Shown: one piece after another, positions 25,051 through 37,833 of the stretch
Numbering within the stretch: the stretch's first letter is position 1
How the letters are laid out: each line of letters opens with the position of its first letter
NCBI RefSeq assembly: GCF_018350175.1
Contig: NC_058368.1
Coordinates: 80,230,001-80,294,000, forward strand
Direction: 5' to 3'
DNA: 64,000 nucleotides
Source of the DNA: Felis catus
Taxonomy: Eukaryota
Program-made: the position numbers and the translations under genes
Notes under the pieces: model-generated
What the model was told of the DNA's origin: nothing
The model's input: only the letters and a program-made list of their open reading frames with translations
Database searches by the model: none

Positions 25051-26248
25051 TTCAAAGAGAAAACGCAGGATGGAGGGAGAAGGGTAGATGTACATGGGTA
25101 GACTTCATGAATTCCATTTTAAACACAGAACTAGTTCTAAGTTTGTTCACTTAGCAGAACGGTGCACCCAAGCTAGTAAGTTAAGTTTTCTAGACAGGAG
25201 CTGCGGGTATACTGATCACTTCTTCAAGTGCTGGCCTAAAAAAAAGTCAGACCTCCAAGTTTCAGGCTTCTAGAAGGTGCGCTCCCTGAAAATTTGCCAT
25301 CCTATTTACAGTTCCTTTACCTACTTCAAGTATTTGATTCCTTTTCATGGAGAAGGAGATAAATTCTATCGTAATGGCTATTATAGCAATATATTATATA
25401 TACCATAGCCACTATAGCAATAACTATAATTGCCAGTGAACTTTTGCAGGACTAACAAACTGAAAGCCTAAATCAAGACCCCATCCCTCCTTTGGAAAAA
25501 TCACAAACGCTACATGCACTAAAAAATAACTCATTACTTCTCTTAAAAATGCTTCTACAGAAAACTACCTCAAACCCCCCCATGGGAGATACCAGCTCAT
25601 CCCAAGCACTGATATCAAGCAGATGATTCCCGTGGTGGGAAATGCAGATGTGCTCCGGACTCCCAGGAGAGACCTGAGCTCTGCCTGCTTCCTGCTCTCC
25701 CCCTCCCCAAACCCTGTAGGGAATGCTCAGTGGCTCAACTTCCTCTTTTATAAAGAAGGGGTAATTTACCAGCTTTGCTCAGCCCTCAAGGTTGTTATGG
25801 ATATCACATGAGATCACGTTCATGAGAACCTGGTTACCATTGTTACCATTAGCAGGCTTAGCACAGGACCCTGCGGCTGAGGAGCCAGACGCCACCATAG
25901 GTTCAGGAGAAAACAGGGGCTTCTCTCTTCGAAGCCCGGGGTGCTTTTAAGTCACCTATATTGTCCCTAAGACCTACCCAGTGGCTGAGCAGTTTCCCCG
26001 CCAGCAAAACAGAACAAGTAGGGACAGAGAGGGGCCAAGGGCGGCCTCGCACTGTGACTAGGGGTCTGACACCCGAGATGGGGTCACATGTCTTGCCAAG
26101 GCGGGACTCTGCACCGGAACCCTTCCCTGAGGACTCCTGCCCTAGGAGACCCCGGTCCTGGGGGATGCTTCTCTCCTACCGGAAACACCTCTTCCGCAGA
26201 GCCCCGAGACAGTGGCCCCGGGGGGGGGGGGGTGCCGGCGACCCTCAC

Positions 26249-26420
26249 CTGCCGTGTCCCAGATGGAGATGTTGTAGGAGCGCCACTGCTTCAGGTAGAA
26301 AGCACCGCCCACCGTGCTGACCGTGTCCGGGAAGCGCCGCTCCATGTACCTCTGTAGCAGCGACGTCTTGCCCACGTTCATGTCCCCCAAAAGCACGATC
26401 TTCCCGTCGGGCTTCCTCAT
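26249..26420 (-). CDS. RAB20: RAB20 coding exon 1 (172 nt; MRKPDGKIVLLGDMNVGKTSLL...WDTA-G)
   Basis: ATG at 26420-26418; P-loop GDMNVGKT; DTAG; donor G|GTGAG at 26249/26248; phase 1 matches exon 2. Confidence 0.97.
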
Positions 26421-26512
26421 CTTCCCGAAGGAAAGCCCCCGTCTCCTGCTCTCCGTGCCCGTCCGGCCCGTGTGCCCCGGGAGCCGCTGGAGCAGCCGGC
26501 CGCCGCCCCCAG

Positions 26513-26608
26513 ATCGCGAGGACCCGGGACTCGCGAGGACCCGGACTCGCGGGAACCCGGACTCGCGGGACCAGGGCTCGCGAGGACCCCGAACTTGCGG
26601 AGACCCGC
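26513..26608. repeat. About 5.5 copies of a ~16-bp GC-rich unit (cgcgaggacccggact) in the RAB20 5' region
   Basis: Read directly from the sequence. Confidence 0.8.
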
Positions 26609-27624
26609 CGGGGTCCTCCCGCTCAGACGCCTGGGAGGGCGAGAGAGGAGGCACGTGTCCGAGCCCGGACAGGAGCGGGGAACGCAACCAGGCGCCCACC
26701 TGAGGCTTCCAGACCGCTGCAGTGCGCACCCGTCTGGGTCGCCCCGGATCCCGCCCCGGCCACGCCCCCAGGCCACGCCCCGTGGTCACAGCCCCCTTGG
26801 TCACGTCCACGCCCCTCCCGGCCCCGCCCCTGACCCCGCCCCCGCCTTGGCCGCGCCCCCCCCCGTCCTCGGCCGCCGCGCGGGACGACGGACTCGGGTC
26901 CAGCCGGCGGGGCTGGGGCGGGGCGCGGCCTGGGGGTCGCTCGGGCGGCTCGCGGCCGCAGAAGCGGAGCCCGGGGAGCGGCTCCCCCACGCACGTGCCC
27001 CGCGGCGCCACCGGCCGAGGGCCGCTCGCCCCGCCGCACAGTTCCGCTGATCTGCGGGTGCGCAAATGTAGCCACCGGTCAAGGCCGTTAGAAGTTCACC
27101 TTCGAGGAGCGTCTGAAAAAAGCCTCGTGGCGGAGGCTCGGGGAGCTGGAGGGGAGGGAGGCCGCGCAGGGGCGCCTCCAGGGTCGCTTCGGTTTTGTTT
27201 TCTGCACTTTTGCAAGAAATCGTTTGCGCGGTTTTGTATCTGAAAAGGTGCGCGGCCGTGACCGGTTGAAACTTGGGAGTCACAGTCTGCCTTTGTCAGT
27301 TGCCGTGGCTGCTGCCAAAATCTCTCCTCCTTTTTGAGTAAACCTTGAAACGCCTCTAAAATGTGCAGCGTGTGGGATTTGGTATTTAGTTTAGAAAAAA
27401 AACTGCTGAGGCGGAACTCGATGCTCTAGTTTGAATCCGGGTCGGTGGTTTGCTGAGGGCACTGTGTGTGCCGCAGGTCGCCGTAAAGGGGGAACAGGAC
27501 CTGGCCCAGCAGGTGCTCGGGTGCAGGTGTGCAGAGGTGTGACCGCACCGCCCTCCCCCTGGGTCTGGGGAGCGGGACCTTTCCTAACTCCTGCGTCTCC
27601 TGTTCAGAGACCTGCCTTGCTTCC

Positions 27625-28017
27625 TGATGTGGGGGACAAAGGCAAAAAGAAATGCAGGTAAAATTCAATTTCCTTATAACCTGAGTGACACATACTTGAG
27701 TCAGGCAGAATGGAGCACTCCTCCGGGAACGCCCAACTGCCTTAATGTTAGTGCTTTGCCAGAGGGGACGACTAGTGGTTTACTGACAGAGGTCGCAGGC
27801 AGGCAGGACTCGAGTCAACGTCGGTTTCATTTACAAGAAAAAAGCAACCTTATCAACAGCCGAACTTCCACAAACCCGTGGATTCAACTTCCTGGGAGCT
27901 GGACTCCACCCTCCCCTCCATAGAGTAGAAAATCTTCTAGAATCGGTCACTCCTCACGACCCCAGTGCAGCTCTTTCTGCCCACCGGTCCTGTCCCCTGC
28001 TTTTGTGCTCCACATCA
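27625..28017 (+). mobile_element. Solo ERV-type LTR (copy 1)
   Basis: TGATG...CACATCA termini; collinear similarity to 28271-28751. Confidence 0.7.
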
Positions 28018-28270
28018 AAGCCTAGCTGGCACACAATAGTTGCTCAAGAAAGCTTCGAGTCAGGAAAGGACGGAGGAGTTCACCATCCTGGGGAGACGGG
28101 AAGCTGTGTCCTGAAAACACACCATGCCCAGGTGTGCTGTCCCCCACCCTCACTTACTGGGTTTGCCTCACCTGTCACCCCCCCCCCCAGCCCCTCATCC
28201 GTGTGAGCAGGTCCCCTCCTCCAGGCCTCCCTCGGTGACTCCTGTCACAGTCCTTTCTCTGAATGTCCAC

Positions 28271-28751
28271 TGATGAGAACAAAGGCAAAAGAAAGAAAAT
28301 AAAATTAAATTTCCTTATAACCTGCAGCCCGCTAACAATGAGGCAGGCAGGGTCTAACATTCCTCCGGGAACGCCCAAGTGTCTGAAGGTCAGTGTTTTG
28401 CTAAAAAGAAACAAATAGTTACCTGACGAAGATCACAGTTGTGCAGGACCGGAGTCTCCGTCAGTTTGCAACCGTCTTAATGATTTACAAGAAAAAAAGC
28501 AACCTTACCAATTGTGAGCCCCCTCAGGAGCCTGGAAACCTGGCTTCCAAAATACCTTCGAGACTTATGCTGCCCCCAACCCCCTCCCAACCTGAAGGTC
28601 TGTAATCAGTCACCTGTCACAACCCCAGTGCACCCTGTTCTGCCCACAGCTCCTGTCCCCATGCTTTAATAAGACCACCTTTTTGCGCTGAAGACGTCTG
28701 GAGAACTCTGTAGGTTGTTGGCTCCAACCCCCAACACTTGAAACCACATCA
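28271..28751 (+). mobile_element. Solo ERV-type LTR (copy 2, same family)
   Basis: TGATG...CACATCA termini; near-TSD tccac/tcccc. Confidence 0.72.
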
Positions 28752-29452
28752 TCCCCCCCCTCCCAGCCCTTCCAAGCCTCTGCACTTCCTAAGCAGACCA
28801 TTGTATTTTCATTCTTACCTCCTATAGTAATTGTCAAATTCCGTAGAGACAGGGAGCAGGTTTTAAACTAACTTAGTATCCTCCCCAGCCATCCTTGCTT
28901 GTCTCAGCTTACCCTCTCACTCACTAAACGGTGCTGTGAGCCCATGAGGGTCCTTGAGTTTTGTTCTGTGTGCGTCCCAAGTGCCTAAAACCGAGACACG
29001 GTCCGTGCTCAATTATTGTGTATTTGGATACATTTCATTAACTGAATGTTGTCTCCACTGCGGAAGACAGCTGCTCTCAGAGCAGGTTCGCAGGGGACGG
29101 ACCATCCCAGCACCCAGCCAGTGCCTGGCGTGTAGAATTCACTCAGCGAGTGTTAAAAATTTTTAATTCTCCGGCACTTTGAAAAACTACATTCAAATGA
29201 GAGAATGTCTCCATGTCAAATTTCAACCACTCCTAAAAAATTCCAGAAGACCGTCAATCACCCTAGTCACGGTCACAGGAGGCCGTATTGAGGAAGGAGG
29301 GAGATGTTGGGTCAAGAGTCTGTTTAAGGAGCTACTCACCTGCCAAGTGATGTTTACTCTGCCTGGATTTAAACCACTGGCCTAACAGGCTAATCCTTTT
29401 TCCAATTGCTAGATGAAACGTTCCCCAGGCCAAGAAAAATATGCAGTTTCCT

Positions 29453-29683
29453 TTTATTTTTTTTTCAATATATGAAATGTTTTGTCAAATTGGTTTCCAT
29501 ACAACACCCAGTGCTCATCCCAAAAGGTGCCCTCCTCAATACCCATCACCCACTTTCCCCTGCCTCCCACCCCCCATCAACCCTCAGTTTGTTCTCAGTT
29601 TTTAAGAGTCTCTTATGCTTTGGCTTTCTCCCACTCTAACCTCTTTTTGGTTTTTTTTGTTTTTTTTGTTTTGTTTTGTTTTG

Positions 29684-29714
<31 letters not shown>

Positions 29715-29716
29715 TT
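29453..29716 (-). mobile_element. Young 5'-truncated feline-type L1 3' end with a (TTTTG)n tract
   Basis: aattggtttccatacaacacccagtgctcatccc..aagagtctcttatg; TSD tgcagtttcctt on both sides. Confidence 0.88.
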
Positions 29717-29901
29717 GCAGTTTCCTTATGTAAACTTAGCAATTCTGGAACTGTCTACAGTGAAAATAAAAGAAATGAGAAAATATGGCTGCTTTCGTTG
29801 GATTTTGCAAAGTAACTTGGGAGTGTTTCTAAGTACCTTGCCGTGCCACAATTTTACCTTTTAAAGTACTTTCTTCCTTTTTAAAAAGCAAAGCAAAACA
29901 T

Positions 29902-30135
29902 GGGGCGCTTGAGTGGCTCAGTCGGGTAAGCATCCGACTCTTGATTTCGACTCAGGTTGTGGTCTCGCGGTTCGTGAGTTCGAGCCCCGCATCAGGCTCC
30001 GTGCTGATGGTGCAGAGCCTGCTTGGGATTCCGTCTCTCTCTGCCCCTCCCTGCCTGCCTCTCTCTCTCTCTCTCTCTCAAAATGAATAAACTGAAAATT
30101 AAAAAAAAAAAAAAAAGCAAAACAAAACAAAACAA
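29902..30135 (+). mobile_element. CAN-SINE
   Basis: Head, CT tract; TSD-like aaaaagcaaa.caaaaca. Confidence 0.9.
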
Positions 30136-31019
30136 CAAACCCTACCTATCATTTATTCTCTCAGTGGGTAGGAATTGTAGCACTGAGCTCTAAACCCCGA
30201 CCTAGGAATCAAGCAACGAGAAAGGCAACCAACAAAATAAACAAGCAAAATATATACTGTCTTAGTGATTAAATATGAGACGGAGAAAAAATAAACGGGG
30301 AAGGTACCTAGAGAACAAGTCCTGACGGTAATTCAGGGAGCTCCATTTTAAACAGGATGTCTTCGAGATGGAGTTTCTGTAAGCATTAGGAGGTAAAGAG
30401 TTGAAGGTGCATTCATCTGTAGAAAGAAGGAAGGATTCAGGTAGACAGCAGGGAGTACAAAGGCCCTGGGGCAGAAACCCACCTGGCAGGCTTGATGGAC
30501 CACAGAGGTCTGAGCAGCCAGAAGAGGAGAGAGGAGGTGAGCTAGAAGTCAGGGCTGTGAGTTAGGGGTGGGCGTGGCAGAGAAGGATACCAGGGCCTAG
30601 AGGGCATCATTAGGGCTAAGGCTTAGACGCTGTACCAGGTAAAAGGGTGACAAAGGATTCTGAGCAGAGGAGAAACAAGGTCACTTCCCTGCTGTGTTGA
30701 GGTGGCTGCGGCCCTGGTGGAGGCAGAGGCATCTGGGAGAGACTGCGGTGGTTGGGATTAGCATGATAACTGAGGAATGTTCCAAGTGTTTACACTCTGA
30801 GTGTGTTTTGAAGGTGGAATCTACCCGATTTGCTGTGGATTGCACGTGGGATACAGTGGGGAGAGGAGGGACAGGAGGAGCGCATGGGAGGGGGAGAGAG
30901 AGGAGCCGTGGACAGGCATCCAGAAAAACGGGGTGCTGCCACGTCTCCATCAGCTCTCAGGCGACAGTCGTCTCTGTCTAGAGCAGGGATCCCTGACCTC
31001 AGCACGGCCACACGCACGG

Positions 31020-31180
31020 GGGTTGGGGGGGGTCCTGTGACGGGTAGCAGCGCCCCGCCTCTAACCACCAGATGGGAGGACTAACACCCTCTCCCTGGTG
31101 ACAACCAAGATATCTGTTCAGACCACACCCGCTGTCCCCTGGGGGGCAGAATGGCCTTCAGTTCAGAACCACTGCTGTAG
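31020..31180. mobile_element. MER20-like DNA transposon relic
   Basis: gtgacaaccaagatatctgttcagac..tgtcccctggggggcagaat..agaaccactg. Confidence 0.65.
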
Positions 31181-31249
31181 AATAATACCAACGCACTTCA
31201 AAATTCATCGTTAAATTTCTCAGAGGGGAACATCACTCCTGGTTATTTT

Positions 31250-31799
31250 CTTTTTCCTTGTTTTAAGTTTATTTGAGAGAGAGAGAAATCGGGGGAGGGG
31301 CAGAGAGAGAGAGAGAGAAATCGGGGGAGGGGCAGAGAGAGAGAGAGAGAGAGAAATCGGGGGAGGGGCAGAGAGAGAGAGAGAGAAATCGGGGGAGGGG
31401 CAGAGAGAGAGAGAGAGAGAAATCGGGGGAGGGGCAGAGAGAGAGAGAGAGAGAGAAATCGGGGGAGGGGCAGAGAGAGAGAGAGAGAAATCGGGGGAGG
31501 GGCAGAGAGAGAGGGAGAGAGAAATCGGGGGAGGGGCAGAGAGAGAGAGAGAGAAATCGGGGGAGGGGCAGAGAGAGAGAGAGAGAGAAATCGGGGGAGG
31601 GGCAGAGAGAGAGGGAGAGAGAAATCGGGGGAGGGGCAGAGAGAGAAGGAGAGAGAAATAGAGGGAGGGGCAGAGAGAGAGGGAGAGAGAGAAGAGAGAC
31701 AGTGTATCCCAAGCAGGCTCTGCACTGCCAGCACAGAGCCCAGACGCAGGGCTCGACCCCACGAACTGTGAGATCATGACCTGAGCCGAAATCAAGAGG
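31250..31799 (-). mobile_element. Head-truncated CAN-SINE with an internal tandem expansion (31275-31690)
   Basis: 11 exact aaatcgggggaggggcaga(ga)n units plus 1 degenerate unit between the SINE tail and body. Confidence 0.92.
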
Positions 31800-32132
31800 C
31801 TTGTGGCAGAGGCCGTGTCTAAATCAGAGGTCCTGCCCTGCACCACGCCATCTACGCAAGGACCCCAACGTTCACAGCCATAAAATATTCATTTCTTTCT
31901 CCGTGGTTCACATCCACAGGACCCAGGTTCCCCTTCAGAACAAAAGTGACTTATATATAAAGTGTTCTCTACGTGTACCAGCGGCCGCTGAAGATGCTAC
32001 CCCTCATTATCGTGGACACAGTGGGTTGAGCCATCGCATCCTAAGATATGAGACAGTTTTGCCCACTTGTCCAGTCATTTCTGTAAACTAATCTGCTGCA
32101 GCCGGAATTGCCAGGTGAAGCATATGTAAATT

Positions 32133-32590
32133 GCGTCAGTCAGGATGAGGTTCTCACTGACAGGGACAGAAAGCCCCAAATAACTGGAGTTTAAAAGAGA
32201 GACATTTATTTCTTTCACAAAAAAGTTCTGAGGTAGACCATCTGGGGCTGGCCTGGCAGTCTGTTCTACAAAATCCTCAGGACTCCTTCCAGCTCACAGC
32301 TCAGCCAGCTCAGAGTCGACTCTCACCCTCCAAGTCCCGGTTGGCGCTCCAGCCATCACAGCCACATTCCAAGCAGCAGGAGTAAGGAAGGACAGGCAGA
32401 GTGTCAAACAGGTGACACATGATACTTTTGCTTATATCCCATTGGCCATGAGTTAGTCACGTGGCCATACCTAGCTGCAAGGAAGGCTGGGAAATGTAGT
32501 CTTTACTCTGAGTCATCATGTACCCAAATAAAAATTCTGTAATTAGGAAAAGGAGAAGGGGCGGGGGGACAGGAATTTCTGCCACCCACA
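32133..32590 (-). mobile_element. Old MaLR LTR (MLT1J/K-like)
   Basis: cccattggcca..ttagtcacgtggccatacctagctgcaaggaaggctgggaaatgtagtc. Confidence 0.65.
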
Positions 32591-32967
32591 CGTAAAAAAC
32601 TTAGCTGACATTGTTCAAAATGCCTCAATGCCAAAAATATGATTTCGTTGTATACTTCCGTTAATACTGACTTACAGTATTCTCTTCTCCTGGGTGGCGA
32701 ATGAGCCTTCAATTGTTGCCAAAGCTAACTGATAATCTCCCTGGGGTTCGGTGGGCAGATGCACTGAGAGTAGTGATGTCAGCACGGGATTCTGCACAGA
32801 ATACCAGCGTGTGTGCTGAATATTTCCCGTCTGTCCAACACCCTCCCAATATCCAGTGACAAAGCTTAATCTTTCCCAACATGGTAGGTAGAAGTAGGTC
32901 TCATTTCTATTTGTGCTTCTTTGATCATCAGTAAGGTCAAAATCGTTATTTAAAAATCTGCTGGTCA

Positions 32968-33410
32968 GAGAGCCCGAGCGTCTCAGTCGGATAAGCGTCT
33001 GACTCTTGATTTGGGCTCAGGTCATGATCTCACAATTCATGACATTAAGCCCCTCGTTGGGATTCTCTCTTCCTCTCTCTCTCTGCCTGTCCCCCCAGCT
33101 CGTGTGCACGCATGGCACGCAAATACTTTCTCTCTCTCTTTCTCTCTCTCTCAAAATAAATAAATAACCTTTTTTTTTTTTTTTAATCCATGGTCAGGGG
33201 GCACCTGGGTGGCTCGGTCGGTTGAGTGTCTGCCTTTGGCTCAGCTCGTGATCTCGCAGTTCGTGAATTCCAGCCCCACGTTGGGCCCTCACTGACAGGC
33301 TGTCAGCACACAGCCGGCTTCGGATCCTCTGTCCCCCACTCTCTGCTCCTTCCCCACTGCACTCTCCCCAAAAGAAATAAATATTTAAAAATAAATAAAT
33401 AAATAAAAAT
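32968..33410 (+). mobile_element. Two adjacent CAN-SINEs
   Basis: Heads at ~32968 and ~33197. Confidence 0.85.
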
Positions 33411-33683
33411 CTACTGGTCGTTGGTGGGTTTCCTTTTCTTAATTTCCCATTAAAAACCCGTGAACACTTTTTTTAAATCATGGTGCTACTATAGATTTGC
33501 CATTCTTCAAAATAAAAGATTGGAAGTCATATGTGTATCATATGTAAATGAATTCCCAACACATAAACACAAAACATGTAAAGCGAATACCTGTAAATGA
33601 ATTTCTATGAAATATAACATATAAAAGTTTATATATATATATACATACACAAAACTCAACCATGTCAACCTTGTTGATGGTAG

Positions 33684-33913
33684 TTTTTTTAATGTTTATT
33701 TATTTATTCTGAGAGAATGACGGAGAGCATGTGCAAGTGAGTGGGGGAGGGACAGAGAGAGAGAGAGAGACAGAATCTGAAGCAGGTTCCAGGCTCTGAG
33801 CTCCGAGCTGTCAGCACAGAGACCAAGCGGGGCTGGAACTCACTAATCGTGAGATCATGACCTGATCCGAAGTCAGACGCTCAGCCAATTGAACCCCCCC
33901 ACCCCGGCGCCCC
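33684..33913 (-). mobile_element. CAN-SINE
   Basis: Reverse-complement body. Confidence 0.85.
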
Positions 33914-34871
33914 AAACGTACGTGTATTTTATTTGTAGGTACCAAACGTACCAATCTTTCCTGCACAGTTTCTGGCCATTTCAATATCTGTCGTGATGCC
34001 TTCAAGTTACTGCCGAAGGCCTGGTGTCAGCTGAGTGTGGAGAGATGACAAGAGAATGGAATTGGGAACCCTGTTGGCTACGTTTTAACCAAGCGAATCA
34101 GGGCAAGTGTTCCAAGTGGTCCTGCACTCTTTTCTCACCTACCAAATGTGCATGGTACCTCCCAGCCCCCGGGAGGCGTGTGATCCTGTACACAGGGGTG
34201 CATGGGAGATGTCAGATCCCTATTCCCTCCCTGGGGGGAGCCCCCCACTTCGACCAACACCCCCTCAGCCGGCACCAACAGCACTCAGCATGATGAATCA
34301 GGCCCTCGGGGACAGCAACCCACCCCAGCTTGGACAGGAAACTGTGGGTGTTTATGGAGTCGGTCTTCCGTTTCAGTTTCAGAACCCGCCACCCCGAGTC
34401 TCTGCTCTTCCCTTCCTTGGAGTCAGTGGATGACCCCAGGGCTGGATTCCCGGATTCGGGATTGGGGATGCAATGCCTCAGGACCCTGCTAGGGCTGCTG
34501 GGCAAACCACGGTCACAGAAAGACTATTTGTTCTGCATAAACGTCTGCACACAAGTTAGGGGGTGAGGTGGGAACCTGACTGAGAACATTTGAAAACTCC
34601 CTTCCCAGCTTAAAGAAAGTGAAACAAAATACCCAAAGCGGCAATGGTCTAACTAGCAATACAGGCTGCTATTGTAGCTCAACAATCTGCTTCTTCCTAG
34701 ATTTCAACATAAAATCTCATCTAATTTGACACCAATGCCTTCTTCCATCAGCTAGTTTTCTGTTTATCATAAAAACTATCCAAAAACTTCAAAACAAATT
34801 TAAAGAATTTTGTAGAAATGGAAAAGAAGCCAATACAAAATTCCAAAAATGGTAGATTTCTAATACATATA

Positions 34872-35064
34872 TTTTTTAATTTTTAAAAATGTTTTATTTA
34901 TTTGGGGGGGGAGGGGCAGAGAGAGAGGGAGACACAGAATCCGAAGCAGGCTCCGGGCTCTGAGCTGTCAGCACAGAGCCCAATGCGAGGCTCGAACCCA
35001 CGAACCCTGAGATCACGACCCGAACCGAAGTTGGACGCTTAACGACTGAGCCACCCAGGTCCCC
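34872..35064 (-). mobile_element. CAN-SINE
   Basis: Reverse-complement body. Confidence 0.85.
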
Positions 35065-37008
35065 TTAGATCCTGTCCCCTGTACCATCAGTCCGTCTTCC
35101 CGATGGCCCGCCCGGCCTCTGCATCGTCTGCTGTCACCACCCCTGAGTCACACACTCTAGGGGAAACCTGAAGCTAGGTCCTGCCCACGAATGCCGGAAC
35201 TGGTCTGGGGTCAGCCCCACAGCATCCTCCTTGGTGCTATCTCCCAGTGCATCCATTCTGTCTATCCCTAGCTCAGCTTCATCCAAATCTGGGTAATTCC
35301 ATAGGCGGATCCCCAGAGTGTGGGTCATCTGTTCTGTCCTGACCCTGGTTTAAGCATCTCTCAGACACCCTTGTCTGTCTTGTGATGAACACGGATCTTT
35401 ACATTTCTGTCCCCAGAACAGACTGCAACTTCCTTGGGGACAAGCACGTTGAAACATTGTTCCCTGGTGTATTCATCTGCCCGGACGGCTGTGCCTAGTG
35501 CCACATTCTGGATGGCTTAAACAACACACAGTTATCTCTTCGCAGTCCCGGAGGTCCGAGGTCAAGGCCAGCCGGGCTCTGCCAGGCATGGCTGGTGCTG
35601 CTGTTCCCAGGAGAACCTATGCCCAGCCGCCCTGTCCCTGGCCAGCAGCATTGCGCCATTTGGCTACAAGTGGAGAGCGGAAATGTGACCCCTTCCTTTC
35701 CTCTGTGTAACAGACCAGCTTGTCTGTGCCTCACCTCCTGACTGACCTCAAGTCTGGGACCTCATCCTGGAGGATGTGCATCTGTGGGGAGAACTCTGAA
35801 GGGCTTCGAGGACAGAGAGAGGAGGGGGAGAGGCCAGCACTGCCATGGGGGGCCTCAGGCACTCAAGTCCCAGTCAGGTCCCAGCCTCTCCCCTCCCCTC
35901 TGTCTCTGGCCCTGGCGGAGATGCCCCTTTCCTCCCTGGGCCCATGGTTTCTCTGGGGTCCTCCTAAGCTGGGACGCCCCTCCTGCTCTCTGCTAAGACA
36001 TGGGTCCTTAGCGTCTGGCTGTTCCCTATTCAGTCCTGAGAACCCGCTCTCAGGGATGGTTTTCCCCAGGCCAGGCCTGTGGTTCTTGAAGCACCCCAAG
36101 TTCTCCAGCCCCAGCCCCACGCACGGTCAGGAACTCTGGGTGGGGCCCAGGCCTCCAGGTGAGTCTGAGCAGCTCAGGCTTGGGACCCCTACTCCTGGGA
36201 GCCCTGGGGCTAATCTCCCCAGCCTCCTTGGCCTCCACTCACCAGGCCCGGAGGCTCGCGGGCCACCACAGGAATCCTCTGCCCCTGTGCAAAAACGGGG
36301 CGGTGTTTGCTCAGAAGGGTGTTCCCTGTGCCGCACGGTTCCAGCTTGTGTGCAGAGTAACGAGGACTGAGGGGCCTGGAGCTCACAGGACATCGGAGCC
36401 CTTCTGTCTGCATTCCTGCCTCTTTTGCACGGGGTCCCCAGCAAAGCTCCTCCAGGAGGCCTAGCCTGGCCACCCGGACAGCAGCGTCCCGGCAGGGAAA
36501 CTCACACTCACATGGCACACACCTTAAGAGAAAGGTCCTCCCTGCCACCCGGGCCTCAGGCTTCCGAGGTCAAGCTTCGCCTCCATGTTTGGAAATGCAC
36601 ACAAGAGACTTAACTACTCCGTCTGCTAAGGGGCTTCTGGAAAGTTGTGGGTTTGGGTCTTTGCTGGGTTTTGCGTTGCCCTTGCTCTTTGACCCTTGAC
36701 CTCCCCCCAAACCTGTGCAATTTTCTCTTCATCCTTCCCCTTGTCTGACATGCAGGCTTAGCTTTTGCTTTCAACGGCTCGACTTCCTCTTGTGAAACAG
36801 TGACCTTCCCTGTGCCCAGAGAACAAGGAACTCCAAGTTCACTGCTTTTGATTTTTCAGTAACCGATTGAGTGGATGCTGAATGTTTCTAAGACACTGTA
36901 CGTGAAAGTCTTTTCCACACGGTGCTATCCCGTCCGCGATTACCTCTTCGGTCTCCCAGCGGACGGCTTCTTGTTCTTTTAATTCTCTGCGAAAGAGCTA
37001 CTTTTCCT

Positions 37009-37213
37009 GGGGCGCCGGGGTGGCTCAGTCGGTTGAACGTCCAACTCTTGGTTTGGGCTCAGGTCATGATCTCCTGGTTCTTGAGATTGAGCCCCATGTT
37101 GGGCTCTGTGCTGACAGCCTGCTTGAGATTCTCTCCCCCCGCCCTCTGCCCCTTCCCCACTCATGCTCTCTCCCTCCCTCTCTCTCAAAATAAATAAATA
37201 AAAACATTACAAA
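37009..37213 (+). mobile_element. CAN-SINE
   Basis: TSD ctacttttcctgg. Confidence 0.9.
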
Positions 37214-37624
37214 ATAACTACTTTTCCTGGCCTTTAATGGCTACGCCCACCTTGTGAACTACCCCCTTCTCCTCTTGTACATTTCTCGTTTTCTTCTTCC
37301 TCACTGAGTCTCAGCTGGAATTTTGACCCATTATGGGCAGGCTTCTGAGCAAGGGGCTTCCTCCCTTGTGTGGCTAAAACTCCTTCATTCTCCACAAGAC
37401 TCGTGGTCACTAGCTGTTCCACTTCCTCCAGAAAGCATGCCCTCCACGTGCCCCGAAACTGCTCTCACCCACGTCACCGGGGACCCACCTCACGGTCACT
37501 TCGGCCACTCAATACATTTGTGGCCTTTGACCCTGTTTCTGGCTTCTCTCTTGACAATCTGTAGCTTTCTGACCATGTATGCCTTGGCCTCCCCAGGGCT
37601 CTCCCCTCATCATGTGGGTTTGCT

Positions 37625-37833
37625 TTTTATTTTAATTTCATTTTATTTTTTCATTTTTTTTTTTGAGAGAGAGAGAGAGAGAGAGAGACAGAGTGCAAGC
37701 AGGGGAGGGGCAGAGAGAGAGGGAGACACAGAATCCAAAGCAGGCTCCAGGCTCAGAGCTGTCAGCACAGAGCCCGACGCGGGCCTCGAACTCACAAACT
37801 GCGAGATCATGACCTGAGCCACCCAGGCATCCC
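37625..37833 (-). mobile_element. CAN-SINE with an internal deletion near the head
   Basis: gacctgagccacccagg joins the body directly to the head. Confidence 0.85.

Larger units (their letters stand above)
26150..27260 (-). promoter_or_regulatory. RAB20 CpG-island promoter and 5' UTR
   Basis: Very high GC/CpG content; several GC boxes (ccccgcccc) at ~26820-26860; CACGTG E-boxes at ~26652 and ~26992. Confidence 0.88.

Noticed and set aside
26421..27065. 215-codon in-frame N-terminal extension of RAB20 and overlapping ORFs
   Set aside because: No ATG upstream of 26420; stop depletion is expected in a CpG island; the extension runs through the promoter
31220..31846. Ser/Leu/Pro- and Arg/Glu-repeat ORFs
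   Set aside because: Arise from the (GA)n array within a SINE
35720..36370. 216-aa intergenic ORF
   Set aside because: Non-ATG start, Pro/Gly/Leu-rich composition, no domain or splice support
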